Shown here piece after piece: positions 9,229-18,700 of a stretch of DNA of 32,000 nucleotides. This DNA comes from Halomicronema hongdechloris C2206 (GTDB taxonomy: Bacteria > Cyanobacteriota > Cyanobacteriia > Phormidesmidales > Phormidesmidaceae). The stretch spans positions 2,040,001 through 2,072,000 of the forward strand of contig NZ_CP021983.2 of the NCBI RefSeq assembly GCF_002075285.3. The letters are read 5' to 3'. The notes beneath the pieces were generated by a model. The model was not told the origin of the DNA, searched no databases, and saw only the letters and a list, made by a program, of their open reading frames with translations. A program made the position numbers and the translations under genes. Every line of letters begins with the position of its first letter. The stretch's first letter is position 1.

Positions 9229-10446
9229 ATGATCGGTGCTGCGGCCGAAACGCCTGGTATTATCCTGATTGCGGATGGTTCCTCTGAGACCTTGACTCTG
9301 CTGTCGACCTACTTAGAGACGGCGGGATACGAGGTGCATAGTGTCCGCACTGGCACTGCCGTGTTGGAGGTTGTCGAGACTTTAAGTCCTGATCTGGTGC
9401 TACTAGACATTTCCCTGCCCCAGCTGGATGGCTATCAAGTCTGCCGTCAGTTGAAGGCAACGGCAACCACCCGGCCGATTCCGGTGGTATTTATCAGCGA
9501 ATTCGATCAGAAACAGGAGCGGCTGCAAGCCTTCGAGGTGGGCGGTGCCGACTATATTACCAAGCCATTTTGGCCGGAGGAAGTGCGGGCTCGGGTCAGT
9601 AATCAAATCACGACCTACCAGCTACAGCGACGCCTACAACGGCAAACCCAACGGGCCCTATCTGCCAGTGGCACCAGCCCCTTGCTGGCTGACCTGCAGC
9701 GGGTATTGCGGCGCCAGGCCCACACCCTGCAGGAGCAAAATCAACGCTTGCAGCGAGAGATCCGTGAGCGAGAGCAGATGGAAAAGGCCCTGCGCTTGGA
9801 AAAATATAAATCGGAACAATTACTACTGAACATTTTGCCCAAGGCAATAGTGGAACAACTGAAGCAGCTGAAGGGGTCGCTGGCGGAACGGTTTGACGAT
9901 GTCACGATTCTCTTTGCCGATATTGTGGACTTCACTCCCCTGGCCGCCCAGATATCACCCTTGGAGTTAGTCAATTGGCTGAATGGGATTTTTTCCGAAT
10001 TTGACCGGCTGGCAGGACAACTCCAGCTCGAGAAGATCAAGACCATCGGTGATGCCTATATGGTGGTAGGAGGATTACCGGTCCCCCGGGATGACCATGC
10101 CGAAGCGGTCATGGAAATGGCGATTGCCATGCAGGAAGCCACCCAGCGGTTTTCTCGTCAGGATAATCGTGCTATGCAACTGCGCATTGGCATCAACACC
10201 GGCCCTGTCGTGGCCGGGGTCATTGGCATTCAGAAGTTTAGCTATGACCTCTGGGGCGACGCGGTGAATATTGCCAGTCGCATGGAAGCCCAAGGCGAGC
10301 CCGGCATGATTCAGGTGACGGAGGCAACCTATCGACGGCTCAGGTCTCATTACCGCTTTGAGCCCATGGGGCAGGTGCTAGTGAAGGGGCGGGGCTATAT
10401 GACGACATTCCGCTATGTGGAACGGGGGACTGCTGGGCTATCTTGA
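9229..10446 (+). CDS. response regulator receiver - coiled coil - class III adenylate/guanylate cyclase
   Basis: REC motifs (DLVLLDISLP, ITKPF), a Q/R-rich coiled linker, and cyclase motifs VTILFADIVDFT, KTIGDAYMVV and YDLWGDAVNIASRME. Confidence 0.9.
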   Translation: MIGAAAETPGIILIADGSSETLTLLSTYLETAGYEVHSVRTGTAVLEVVETLSPDLVLLDISLPQLDGYQVCRQLKATATTRPIPVVFISEFDQKQERLQAFEVGGADYITKPFWPEEVRARVSNQITTYQLQRRLQRQTQRALSASGTSPLLADLQRVLRRQAHTLQEQNQRLQREIREREQMEKALRLEKYKSEQLLLNILPKAIVEQLKQLKGSLAERFDDVTILFADIVDFTPLAAQISPLELVNWLNGIFSEFDRLAGQLQLEKIKTIGDAYMVVGGLPVPRDDHAEAVMEMAIAMQEATQRFSRQDNRAMQLRIGINTGPVVAGVIGIQKFSYDLWGDAVNIASRMEAQGEPGMIQVTEATYRRLRSHYRFEPMGQVLVKGRGYMTTFRYVERGTAGLS

Positions 10447-10519
10447 GGGAGCTGAGGAAATGGGTGGTCAGGGCAATACTCAATGGCTGTTGCCAACGAT
10501 GGCGTCATCCGAGTAGCTG

Positions 10520-11044
10520 ATGAGAGAGGGTTCCCGCGTTTTTATCAGACCCCCCAGTCGCGATGATTGGCCAGAACTCCTAGCTTTACACCAGAGAAGT
10601 CAGTGGTTTCATCAGCCCTGGGCCTCGTTGCCGCTGACTGAGTCAGAGTGTAAGCGCTATATCAGTCGTTGTCACTGCGATGAAACCTTTCAAGGCTGGT
10701 TGATTTGCCATCAGACCCACCAACAGATCATAGGGGTGGCCAATCTCAGCCTCCTGGTTTATCGGCTGTTTCAGCGGGCCCATCTGGGATACTACGTAGA
10801 CATAGACTTTGCCGGCCAGGGGTTCATGTCGGCAGGCCTGCAACTGGTGCTCGATCATGCCTTCTATCAGTTGGGCGTCCATCAGATTGAGGCCAATATC
10901 CAGCCGGACAATACGGCCTCGATTAAATTGGTGAAGCGTCTAGGATTCACCCGGCAAGGCGTTTCCCGCCGATATCTCAAAATCAATAATGACTGGTGTG
11001 ATCATGAGCACTGGTGTTTGCGGGTTGAGGATTGGGCCGAGTGA
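10520..11044 (+). CDS. GNAT family N-acetyltransferase (RimJ/RimL-like)
   Basis: 174 aa. Acetyl-CoA-binding-like segment (YYVDIDFAGQGFMSAGL), an IEANIQPDNTASIKLVKRLGF motif, and a C-terminus typical of RimJ-like GNATs. Confidence 0.8.
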   Translation: MREGSRVFIRPPSRDDWPELLALHQRSQWFHQPWASLPLTESECKRYISRCHCDETFQGWLICHQTHQQIIGVANLSLLVYRLFQRAHLGYYVDIDFAGQGFMSAGLQLVLDHAFYQLGVHQIEANIQPDNTASIKLVKRLGFTRQGVSRRYLKINNDWCDHEHWCLRVEDWAE

Positions 11045-11047
11045 CCC

Positions 11048-11573
11048 TCACGGCTGATAATTCATGGCCTGGGTGGGTAAGCCCCGCAAGATGTCTCGGC
11101 CAGACTTGCCGGCCAGGCTGGCAAGCTGTCGCAAGGCTTGGCCACTGACGTTATATTCGTTGGTGCCGAAGCGCACCCCGACCCGGCCATAGAGGCGGGC
11201 GGCTGGGCCGGAGAGGGCCTGACCCCGCATATAGGCCCAACCAAGGCCAGTGATCTCCGCTGCGATCGCACAGATCAGTGCCGCCCCCAGTCCTTGGCAG
11301 CGGTAGGCAGGCACAACATACATATCCAGCAGCATGGCACCGTGGACACAATGGTGCAGGTCATAGCTGCCGGGTCCAAGCGGCAAAGCCAGCCAAGGTG
11401 TCGTCGCGATGGAGCACGATCAGGCGAAAGCAACCGCTGGCATAGTCTCGCTTGAATGTGTCAAGGGACCCGGGCCAGGCGGCCATGTTTAAGTGCTGGC
11501 GCACGTAATCATCCAGCAGCCTGGCGACCTGGGCTAAATCAGCACTGGTGGCGGTAGATGTCCGGTAGGTCAT
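11048..11573 (-). pseudogene. GNAT family acetyltransferase split by a frameshift
   Basis: Two overlapping ORFs (11361..11642 and 11048..11386). The first supplies the N-terminal GNAT part (MTYRTSTATSADLAQVARLLDDYV ... LAGFAAW). The second supplies the core (LLDMYVVPAYRCQGLGAALI ... LYGRVGVRF). The likely real ATG is at 11573. Confidence 0.6.
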
Positions 11574-11635
11574 AGGGTGAGGGCGGGCGAGGACAGGAGC
11601 AAGGCATGCCAGCCGATGGCTTGGCGATGGTTCCC

Positions 11636-12358
11636 TCACCATAACCGCAGTTGGCCATTGTCTCCCTCAGGCCCCTTGCTGCCTTGAGCCCCTTTGCGAT
11701 CAGAGGCCAGGCGGTCGGCCCGGCGAGTGGTCTCGGGCAGGCGATACTTGGGGGTGCATTGGAGCACATAGTGGAGGGCCGTCTCTAGGCTGATGCGGTG
11801 ACCCGGTGAGATGTACAGGGGCTTGGTGCCGGGGCGGCTGCGTAGTACCGCCCCGATAGTGTCATCGCCATCGAGGAGAGGCACCCAGGCCCCTTTCTCC
11901 GGGGGAACCTGGCGGTGGTGCCCTACCAAGCGGGATTTGGCCACACCAATGGTGGCAGCATCGACCAGCAGCCCTAGGTGACAGGCGATGCCCAGGCGCC
12001 GGGGATGGGCCGTTCCCTGGCCATCACAGAGGAGTAAATCTGGGGTGATGGTCAGTTGGGCCAGGGCCTCTAGCACCGTGGGTACCTCGCGAAAGGATAA
12101 TAACCCAGGGATGTAGGGGAAGCTGGTGGGGCGGCGGGCCAGGGCCTGATCCAGCGGCTGCAGGTCGGGAAAGCTGAGCACGACCACGGCGGCCCGGGTG
12201 ATGCTGCCATTCTGCTCGAATCCGGCATCTACTCCAGCCACATGGCGGATGGGATCGGGAAGGCGATCGGTGGTAATCACCTGCGATCGCAACTGTTGCT
12301 GCAGGGCAATGGCCGCGGCAGCGGTGGTGGGCCAGGCATCAGGGTAGTGAATTTGCAT
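11636..12358 (-). CDS. nfi: endonuclease V (deoxyinosine 3' endonuclease)
   Basis: Motifs VAGVDAGF, YIPGLLSFREVP and LLCDGQGTAHPRRLGIACHLG. Start chosen at M16 (MQIHYPDAW) rather than the ORF-track start at 12403. Confidence 0.85.
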   Translation of the reverse strand: MQIHYPDAWPTTAAAAIALQQQLRSQVITTDRLPDPIRHVAGVDAGFEQNGSITRAAVVVLSFPDLQPLDQALARRPTSFPYIPGLLSFREVPTVLEALAQLTITPDLLLCDGQGTAHPRRLGIACHLGLLVDAATIGVAKSRLVGHHRQVPPEKGAWVPLLDGDDTIGAVLRSRPGTKPLYISPGHRISLETALHYVLQCTPKYRLPETTRRADRLASDRKGAQGSKGPEGDNGQLRLW

Positions 12359-12425
12359 CGCGAATCGTCGGCTCCCGACTATTTTCCGGTAGCATCTAGG
12401 CAATCTAGATTACCGGATAGAGGCG

Positions 12426-14252
12426 ATGAGTCCCATGGGTGTGAAGTGGTTTCCAGTCGGGCTAGCCGGTCTCTCCTTTAGCATGACCCTGACAGCCGGC
12501 GCAGTCCAGGCCCAAATCCCCGGGAAAGAGCCGCTCACCCCGGCGCTGTTGGTCGACCTCTTTCAGACCATCGCCCACTGGTTACTGGCCGTAGGGCTAC
12601 TCCTGGGCACCCTGGTGGCCGCCGCCGGCATCGGTCAGTATCAGCAACAACGGCGCTGGCAACGGCGACAATACGCCCGTACCGTGGTGACACACTTCAC
12701 CGACAAGGCCGCCGTGCAGAAGGTGCTGCAGATTCTCGACTACGAGGAATACCGGGACTTTCAAATTACTCTGGCCGCGGGCCAGACCCTCAGCTTCGAA
12801 GCCACCGACTCGCGGCTGCGGCGGGCCTTGCGATCGCATGATCAAATGGTCAAAACCCGCCGCGGCCTGAGCCAACTGCAGACCACCCCTAGCTTAGAGA
12901 TCGACCACGAGCTAGCCGCCGCCATCGACCGCTACCGCCAGGAAGAATTCGTCATCGAACTCACCCTACGGGACTGGTTCGATACTTTTCTAGGGGGCTT
13001 AGAACACTTCGATGCTATGATCAGCGCCGGCCTGGTGCGACGCCAAGACCTGCAGCCCTACATCCTCTACTGGATTCAAATCATCAGCGACCGCCGCTTC
13101 CGCCGCCAAGGGGGCTCCAGTTTCTACGATCAACTGGCCCACTATATCGAGTGGGCTGGCTATAGCAGCGTTCAGTCCCTGGTGCAGCGCTTCGGCTACA
13201 AGCTGATTCCCCCGCCCTACTCCGCCCACGATTTCTCTGACTTCGACCAAGCTGGGGCCTACGACGCCAACCGGTCTCTCTGTCTGGCCAAGGCGTCGTA
13301 TCTGATCTACCAAGACTACGACTACACCACCGACATCGTCTGCCACTGGCTGACCAGTCGCCGCGACCATGGCTGGCAGCAGATGAGCGATCAAGACTAC
13401 GCCCTCGCCGTCGTCCAAGCCTGGCAAGATGAAGCCCACGCTACCCAGCAGGCCGAAGCCCTGATCAAGGATGACTTCCAATACCTGGACATGCCCACCT
13501 CCGACACCCAAGCCCTGCTATTGCGCAAGGGACAGGAAATCGTCCTGGCCTTTCGCGGCACCCAGCAGATGCGCGACTGGCAGACGAACCTGAACCTGCA
13601 ACTACAGCCCTTTCAGATCCAGTCAGAGGAGCCAGTCAAAGTCCCCGAGGGGCGAGTGCATCGCGGGTTTCAAGACGCCTGGGCCAGCGTGGAGAGTGCC
13701 ATCGTAGCCCAGATACGCCAATGGTACAGCCCTGATAGCAGTCGTCTCTGGGTCACAGGGCACAGCTTGGGTGGTGCCCTGGCCAGCTTGGCGGCGGTGT
13801 CTCTGGAGTGTCAGGGATTCCGGGTCAACGGGTTGTACACCTACGGCCAGCCCCGGGTGGCTGACTGGCAGTTCGTACGCCAGGTCAATGCCATGATGGG
13901 TCACCGCATCTTTCGCTATGTCAACAATAACGACATCGTTCCCCTGATTCCGCTTGGGTTCGTGCCCTGGCAGCCCACCCGCCGCTATGGTCACATGGGC
14001 CAGTTTCGCTACTTCGACCGCCGCGGCAAACTCCATCTGCTCTCGACGCCACTGCAACGCTGGCCCGATCGCATCCTCGGCTGCATCGATGGCCTCAATC
14101 AAGCCGGTATCGACCTCGTCGCCGACCACATCCTGGAACGCTATGTCAGCTATCTGCAACGGGCCCAAGTTCGAGAGATCGAAGCCGCCAAAGCCGCCGC
14201 GAAATGGGCCACCTTAACCCAGAAAACGGCGCCGCCAGCTCAGGATGGCTGA
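12426..14252 (+). CDS. membrane-anchored class-3 lipase family protein with an uncharacterised ~250-aa N-terminal domain
   Basis: Signal-like N-terminus plus a hydrophobic helix (HWLLAVGLLLGTLVAAAGIG). The C-terminal half carries AFRGT, the nucleophile elbow GHSLGGALA, YTYGQPRV and NNDIVP. Confidence 0.8.
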   Translation: MSPMGVKWFPVGLAGLSFSMTLTAGAVQAQIPGKEPLTPALLVDLFQTIAHWLLAVGLLLGTLVAAAGIGQYQQQRRWQRRQYARTVVTHFTDKAAVQKVLQILDYEEYRDFQITLAAGQTLSFEATDSRLRRALRSHDQMVKTRRGLSQLQTTPSLEIDHELAAAIDRYRQEEFVIELTLRDWFDTFLGGLEHFDAMISAGLVRRQDLQPYILYWIQIISDRRFRRQGGSSFYDQLAHYIEWAGYSSVQSLVQRFGYKLIPPPYSAHDFSDFDQAGAYDANRSLCLAKASYLIYQDYDYTTDIVCHWLTSRRDHGWQQMSDQDYALAVVQAWQDEAHATQQAEALIKDDFQYLDMPTSDTQALLLRKGQEIVLAFRGTQQMRDWQTNLNLQLQPFQIQSEEPVKVPEGRVHRGFQDAWASVESAIVAQIRQWYSPDSSRLWVTGHSLGGALASLAAVSLECQGFRVNGLYTYGQPRVADWQFVRQVNAMMGHRIFRYVNNNDIVPLIPLGFVPWQPTRRYGHMGQFRYFDRRGKLHLLSTPLQRWPDRILGCIDGLNQAGIDLVADHILERYVSYLQRAQVREIEAAKAAAKWATLTQKTAPPAQDG

Positions 14253-14405
14253 TATTGAAGCCAACGCACGTTCCCTGTAGGAACTTCAACCCTGTTGGTG
14301 ACGTCTGCCCCTAAAGGGCGATGTATTGCTCCCAGCCCATGAGTTGCGATCGCTAGTGTCGTCTGTCAGCATAGAAGCCGACAGGAGAGTTTCCGTACCC
14401 CGCGT

Positions 14406-15005
14406 TTGGACAGTCCCATGGCTTTTGTCACCCTTCCCCCGCGAGCCCGCCCTCTAACCGGTGTCTTCCCCAGCCTCATCGGTAGCCTGGCCCTATTAGC
14501 TACGATTGCCCTGCCCACGGTTGCCGATGAGCCATCCGGGCTAGAGCAACTGCTGCAGACCAATGAATGTGTCGACTGCCATCTGCGGGAAGCGGACCTG
14601 CGACGGCTAGACCTAAGCGGTGCTAACTTGCGGGGCGCCGACCTCTCAGGGGCTAATTTCTTCCAGACTAAGCTGGATGGGGCCGATTTAGCTGGAGCCG
14701 ATCTCACCCAGGCCAACTTTTGGGGCGCTAGCCTCCGGGGCACCTTCCTGAATGCAGCCGACCTCAGTGAAGCTAATCTCAGCTATGCCGATTTCACCGG
14801 CGCTTCCCTGTACGGGGCCATTTTCCATGAGACGTTCGTAGAAAAAACCATCTTTGTGGAAGCGCTGCTGTCAGCCGCCGATATGCGAGAGGTGCAGTTG
14901 GTCAGCGCCGATTTTACCGACGCCATTCTCTGCGGCGCCGAGCTCCACTATGGAGACTATCGCAGCGGCTGCACCAGCTTATCGGAATCCGCTCCTGCTG
15001 AGTAA
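14406..15005 (+). CDS. pentapeptide repeat protein with N-terminal signal/anchor
   Basis: Tandem A(D/N)LxG-type pentapeptides (ADLRRLDLSGANLRGADLSGANF ...) after a hydrophobic leader (LIGSLALLATIALPTVA). Confidence 0.85.
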   Translation: MDSPMAFVTLPPRARPLTGVFPSLIGSLALLATIALPTVADEPSGLEQLLQTNECVDCHLREADLRRLDLSGANLRGADLSGANFFQTKLDGADLAGADLTQANFWGASLRGTFLNAADLSEANLSYADFTGASLYGAIFHETFVEKTIFVEALLSAADMREVQLVSADFTDAILCGAELHYGDYRSGCTSLSESAPAE

Positions 15006-15522
15006 TGGGGACTCAGGTTGAATAGCCTGGCGAAGGGACGGGGACGCGGGCGACGGGCCGCATTTTCGGGACGTCTCATTCAACGATGCTGCGGTGGGAA
15101 GAGCGCCTCGCGAATCAGGGTGCTGAGTGGTCCCCCCCGGTGCCGTCGCCTCACAGAGCAGCGTAATAAAATTGATGTCCTCATGGGGCACTGCCCGTAA
15201 GCTGCCAGGGGGGGCTGTCTCGGGAACCGGCGGATAATGGGCCCGTCTTGCCGCCGATAACCAGGTCCTGCAACCAGGTCCGCGATTGCCCTAGGTAGAG
15301 GGCACAGGCCTCTAACAGTTGCGCCGCACAGACGCTGTCGTGGCCTCAGCCCGGTAATCCTGTAAATCGAGGCAGGGCATTGTGGAGATCATCCTGGCAA
15401 CTGCCGTGTGAAGGCTTGATGAAGCTATCGGCTCTTAATGTTCACTTTACCGCCTCTTTAGGCTGACCTGGGATGCTCGGTCAGTAGAACTACGGATTTC
15501 TGACCATTCACGAGGTAATGCT

Positions 15523-15711
15523 GTGGTTACCATTGCATCCCAAGATTTCAACATCCTCGACAGTAGCGGTACGTTTACTACCGATAGTTTTCCCAGCGGC
15601 AGCATTGACGCGCTGCTCACCAATGCCAGCTCCTCCAATGTAGGTGGTCCAGGCCTCGACTTCCAAACCTTCTGGACCGACACCCGTGGCAATGAGGGGC
15701 CACTCTCCGGG
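15523..15711 (+). other. upstream reading-frame segment that probably belongs to the nuclease gene (frame break at a GGGG run)
   Basis: GTG at 15523 sits 7 nt after GAGG. Its translation (VTIASQDFNILDSSGTFTTDSFPSGSIDALLTNASSSNVGGPGLDFQTFWTDTRGNEGPLSG) has the same S/T/D/G/N-rich character as the downstream domain. Removing one G from 15709-15712 joins it in frame to SESGDFIGVNSF. Confidence 0.45.
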
Positions 15712-18700
15712 GAGCGAGTCCGGCGACTTCATTGGCGTCAATAGCTTCGCCGGTAGCAATGCCCCCGATGTCTCTGCCAATGGCACAGCCGTGGCCGAAA
15801 ATAGCGAACAGAACTTCGAGTTTAACGATGGTGACGGTCGCCTGGACCTGGTGTTTGAACCGGTTGACGTCAGTGGCTTTAGCAATCGCAGTCTGAGCTT
15901 TGACTACTGGATTAACAGCACTGGCTATGAGAGCAGCGATAGCTTCAGCGCCGCGCTCAGTGATGGCACCACTGAGGTGTCCTTGTTTGACTTTGGCGAG
16001 GTGGAACTAGAAGGCAATACCTCTGCCGATGATGGCACCGCCAACTGGACCCCCTTCACGGTTGATCTTGAGTCTCTGATCACCGGCGGTTTAGGCGAGA
16101 CCCTGACCCTAACCATCAGTGTTGATACCAACGCTGGTAGCGAAAATATCTTCGTCGACAATGTTGCCTTCCTCAGCGATGTCCCGGGGGGCGGCCCACC
16201 GCAAGTCGCCATCAATGAACTGCGGATTGACCAACCCGGCAGTGATACCGACGAGTACTTCGAGCTATTTGGCAATGCCAATGCCCCTCTGGATGGTCTC
16301 TTCTACTTGGTGATTGGCGATGGCAGCGGCGGTAGCGGTGTGATCGAGAACGTGACAGACTTGTCCGGGCAGACCCTGAATGCCAATGGCTTCTTTTTGG
16401 CAGCCGAGGGCAGCTTTACTTTAGGCAGCGCCGACCTGACTACCTCCTTAGGCTTCGAGAACAGTGACAATGTCACCCACCTGCTGGTGCAAGGTTTCAC
16501 TGGCAGTGACGATGATGACCTAGATACAGACGATGATGGGGTGCTGGATCTGACGCCCTGGAGCGCCCTGCTGGATTCTGTCGCCCTGATTGAAACGGTG
16601 GGTAGCGGTGACCAGGTCTATAGCGCCACCCAAGTGGGTCCCGATGGTTCCTTCGTGCCGGGCCATGTGTTCCGGGATCCCGATGGCACCGGGGCCTTCC
16701 AGATTGGGGCCTTCGATCCGGTCGGCGGCAATGACACCCCCGGTGCCACTAATGAATTTGTGCCACCGCCAGCCACCCCTGCCGCCATCTACGATATTCA
16801 GGGGGCTGGACATACCTCGCCGTTGCTGGGGGAAACTGTGGTAACTGCAGGCATCGTCACCGCACTCGAGTCTAATGGCTTCTTCCTCCAAGATCCCCAG
16901 GGCGACGGCAATATTGCCACCTCCGATGCCATCTTTGTCTTCACTGGTGGGGCGCCTGGGGTCACTGTGGGCGATGAGCTATCAGTGACGGGCAAGGTGT
17001 CTGAGTTTACCCCTGGTGGTGTCGCTACCCGCAACCTGTCGACTACCCAGATCAGTGGTAATCCTGAGATCGTCACCCTCAGCACTGGTAATGCCCTGCC
17101 AGCGGCTGAGATCATCGGTGCCGGCGGCCGGGTACCGCCCACCGAGACCATCGACGACGATGCTTTTGCCAGCTTTGACCCCACTGGCGATGGCATCGAC
17201 TTCTTCGAGTCCTTAGAAGGGATGCGGGTCACCGCGACTAATCTGGCGGCGGTAGCGGGCACCAATCGCTTTGGCGAGATCTTTACCGTCGCCGATCTTG
17301 ACCCCACTACTCCAGGCATTCAGGGGGCCACCGGCATCTCGGAGCGGGGCACCCTCAACATCAGTCCGGATGACTTCAACCCGGAGAAGATTCAGATCGA
17401 TTTCGATGATGACATTCTGCCGGGCTTTACCTTTCCCGATGTCAATGTGGGGGCCCAGTTAGGGGATGTCACCGGGGTGATTTCTTACGACTTCGGCAAC
17501 TTCCAGATTCAGCCCACCGAGGCCTTCTCGGCCACTCCGGCAGCCCCTGAGTTGCAACCGGAGGTGACTGAGATTACGAAGGGGGCCGGCCAGCTGACCA
17601 TGGCCAGCTATAACGTGCTCAACCTGGACGTCAATGACAGCGACGGCGATACCGATGTGGCCGATGGTCGCTTCCAAGCCATCGCCGAGCAGATTGTCAA
17701 TAACCTCAAGACGCCGGACATCATTGGGCTGCAAGAGATTCAAGACAACAGCGGCTCCGATGACGATGGTACGGTTTCCGCCTCTGAGACTCTACAGGCG
17801 CTGGTGGATGCGATCGCAACGGCCGGCGGTCCCCAATACGAGTTCATCGACAACACCTTCATCACCGATGGGGTCAGCGGCGGTCAACCCGGCGGCAACA
17901 TCCGCACCGCCTTCCTCTATAACCCCGACGCCGTCAACCTGGTCGAGGGCTCGGTGCAAACCATCGGCGGTCAGAATCCCGGCGATGCCTTCTTCGATGC
18001 CCGCCTGCCGCTGGTGGCCAGCTTCGAATTCCAGGGCCAGGAAGTGACGGTGGTGAACAACCACTTCTCCTCCAAGGGCGGCAGTGCTCCCATCCTGGGG
18101 ACCGAGCAGCCCTTTGAAGCCCGCCAGGAAGAGGTGGCCGTCAATGGCTCCCTGGATGAGCGCATCGCCCAAGCCGAGGCGGTGAAGGACTTCGTGGATG
18201 GTCTCTTGGCCAGTAACCCCGAGGCTAACGTGGTGGCCCTAGGGGACCTGAACGAATTTGAGTTTGTCTCTCCCGTAGACGACATCCTCGGCAGCAGCCT
18301 CACCAACCTGGTGGATACCCTACCCGCCGATGAGCGCTACAGCTTCATCTTCCAAGGCAACTCCCAGCAGCTGGATCACATCCTGGTCAGCGATCACCTG
18401 ACCGCTGGCGCCCAGTTCGACATCGTCCACACCAACTCTGAATTTGCCGAGGTGACCGGCCGGGCCAGCGACCACGATCCGCTACTGGCCAGCCTACAGC
18501 TGCTCAACCCCATCGACGGCAGCCGCCGGGGCGATGTGATTGTGGGCACCGATAAGGCCGATCTGATCCAGGCCTTTGGAGGACGCGATCGCATCTTCGC
18601 TGCAGACGGCAACGATCGAGTCTTCGCCGGGGTCTTCGGCAACGACGGTGACGACCTCCTCGATGGCGGTCGGGGTCGAGACCTGGTTGTCGGTGGCAAC

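Noticed and set aside
9229-10446. The REC-cyclase as the source of the signal for the PilZ domain.
   Set aside because: Its catalytic domain is a class III adenylate/guanylate cyclase, not GGDEF. It would make cAMP/cGMP, not c-di-GMP.
12359-12403. 15-codon N-terminal extension of endonuclease V (MPRCYRKIVGSRRFA).
   Set aside because: It is basic and Cys/Arg-rich and unlike endonuclease V N-termini. The internal MQIHYPDAW start gives the usual length.
12999-14168. Antisense ORFs of 170 and 181 aa inside the lipase gene. Similar shadow ORFs occur at 1017..1268, 2873..3334, 3255..3665, 14366..14743, 15508..15885, 16798..17319, 18394..18850 and 25949..26248.
   Set aside because: They are opposite well-supported genes in GC-rich DNA. 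Their translations are low-complexity (G/R/P/A/V-rich) with no recognisable motifs, as expected for GC-rich shadow frames.
15080-15184. 34-codon minus-strand mini-ORF (MRTSILLRCSVRRRHRGGPLSTLIREALFPPQHR), reminiscent of a ribbon-helix-helix antitoxin. It overlaps (ATGA) the end of an upstream start-less frame, within the 517-nt gap that also has C7 and G7 runs.
   Set aside because: It is too short and the middle is implausible for an RHH fold. The partner frame has no start codon. At best it is a decayed toxin-antitoxin remnant, which sequence alone cannot support.
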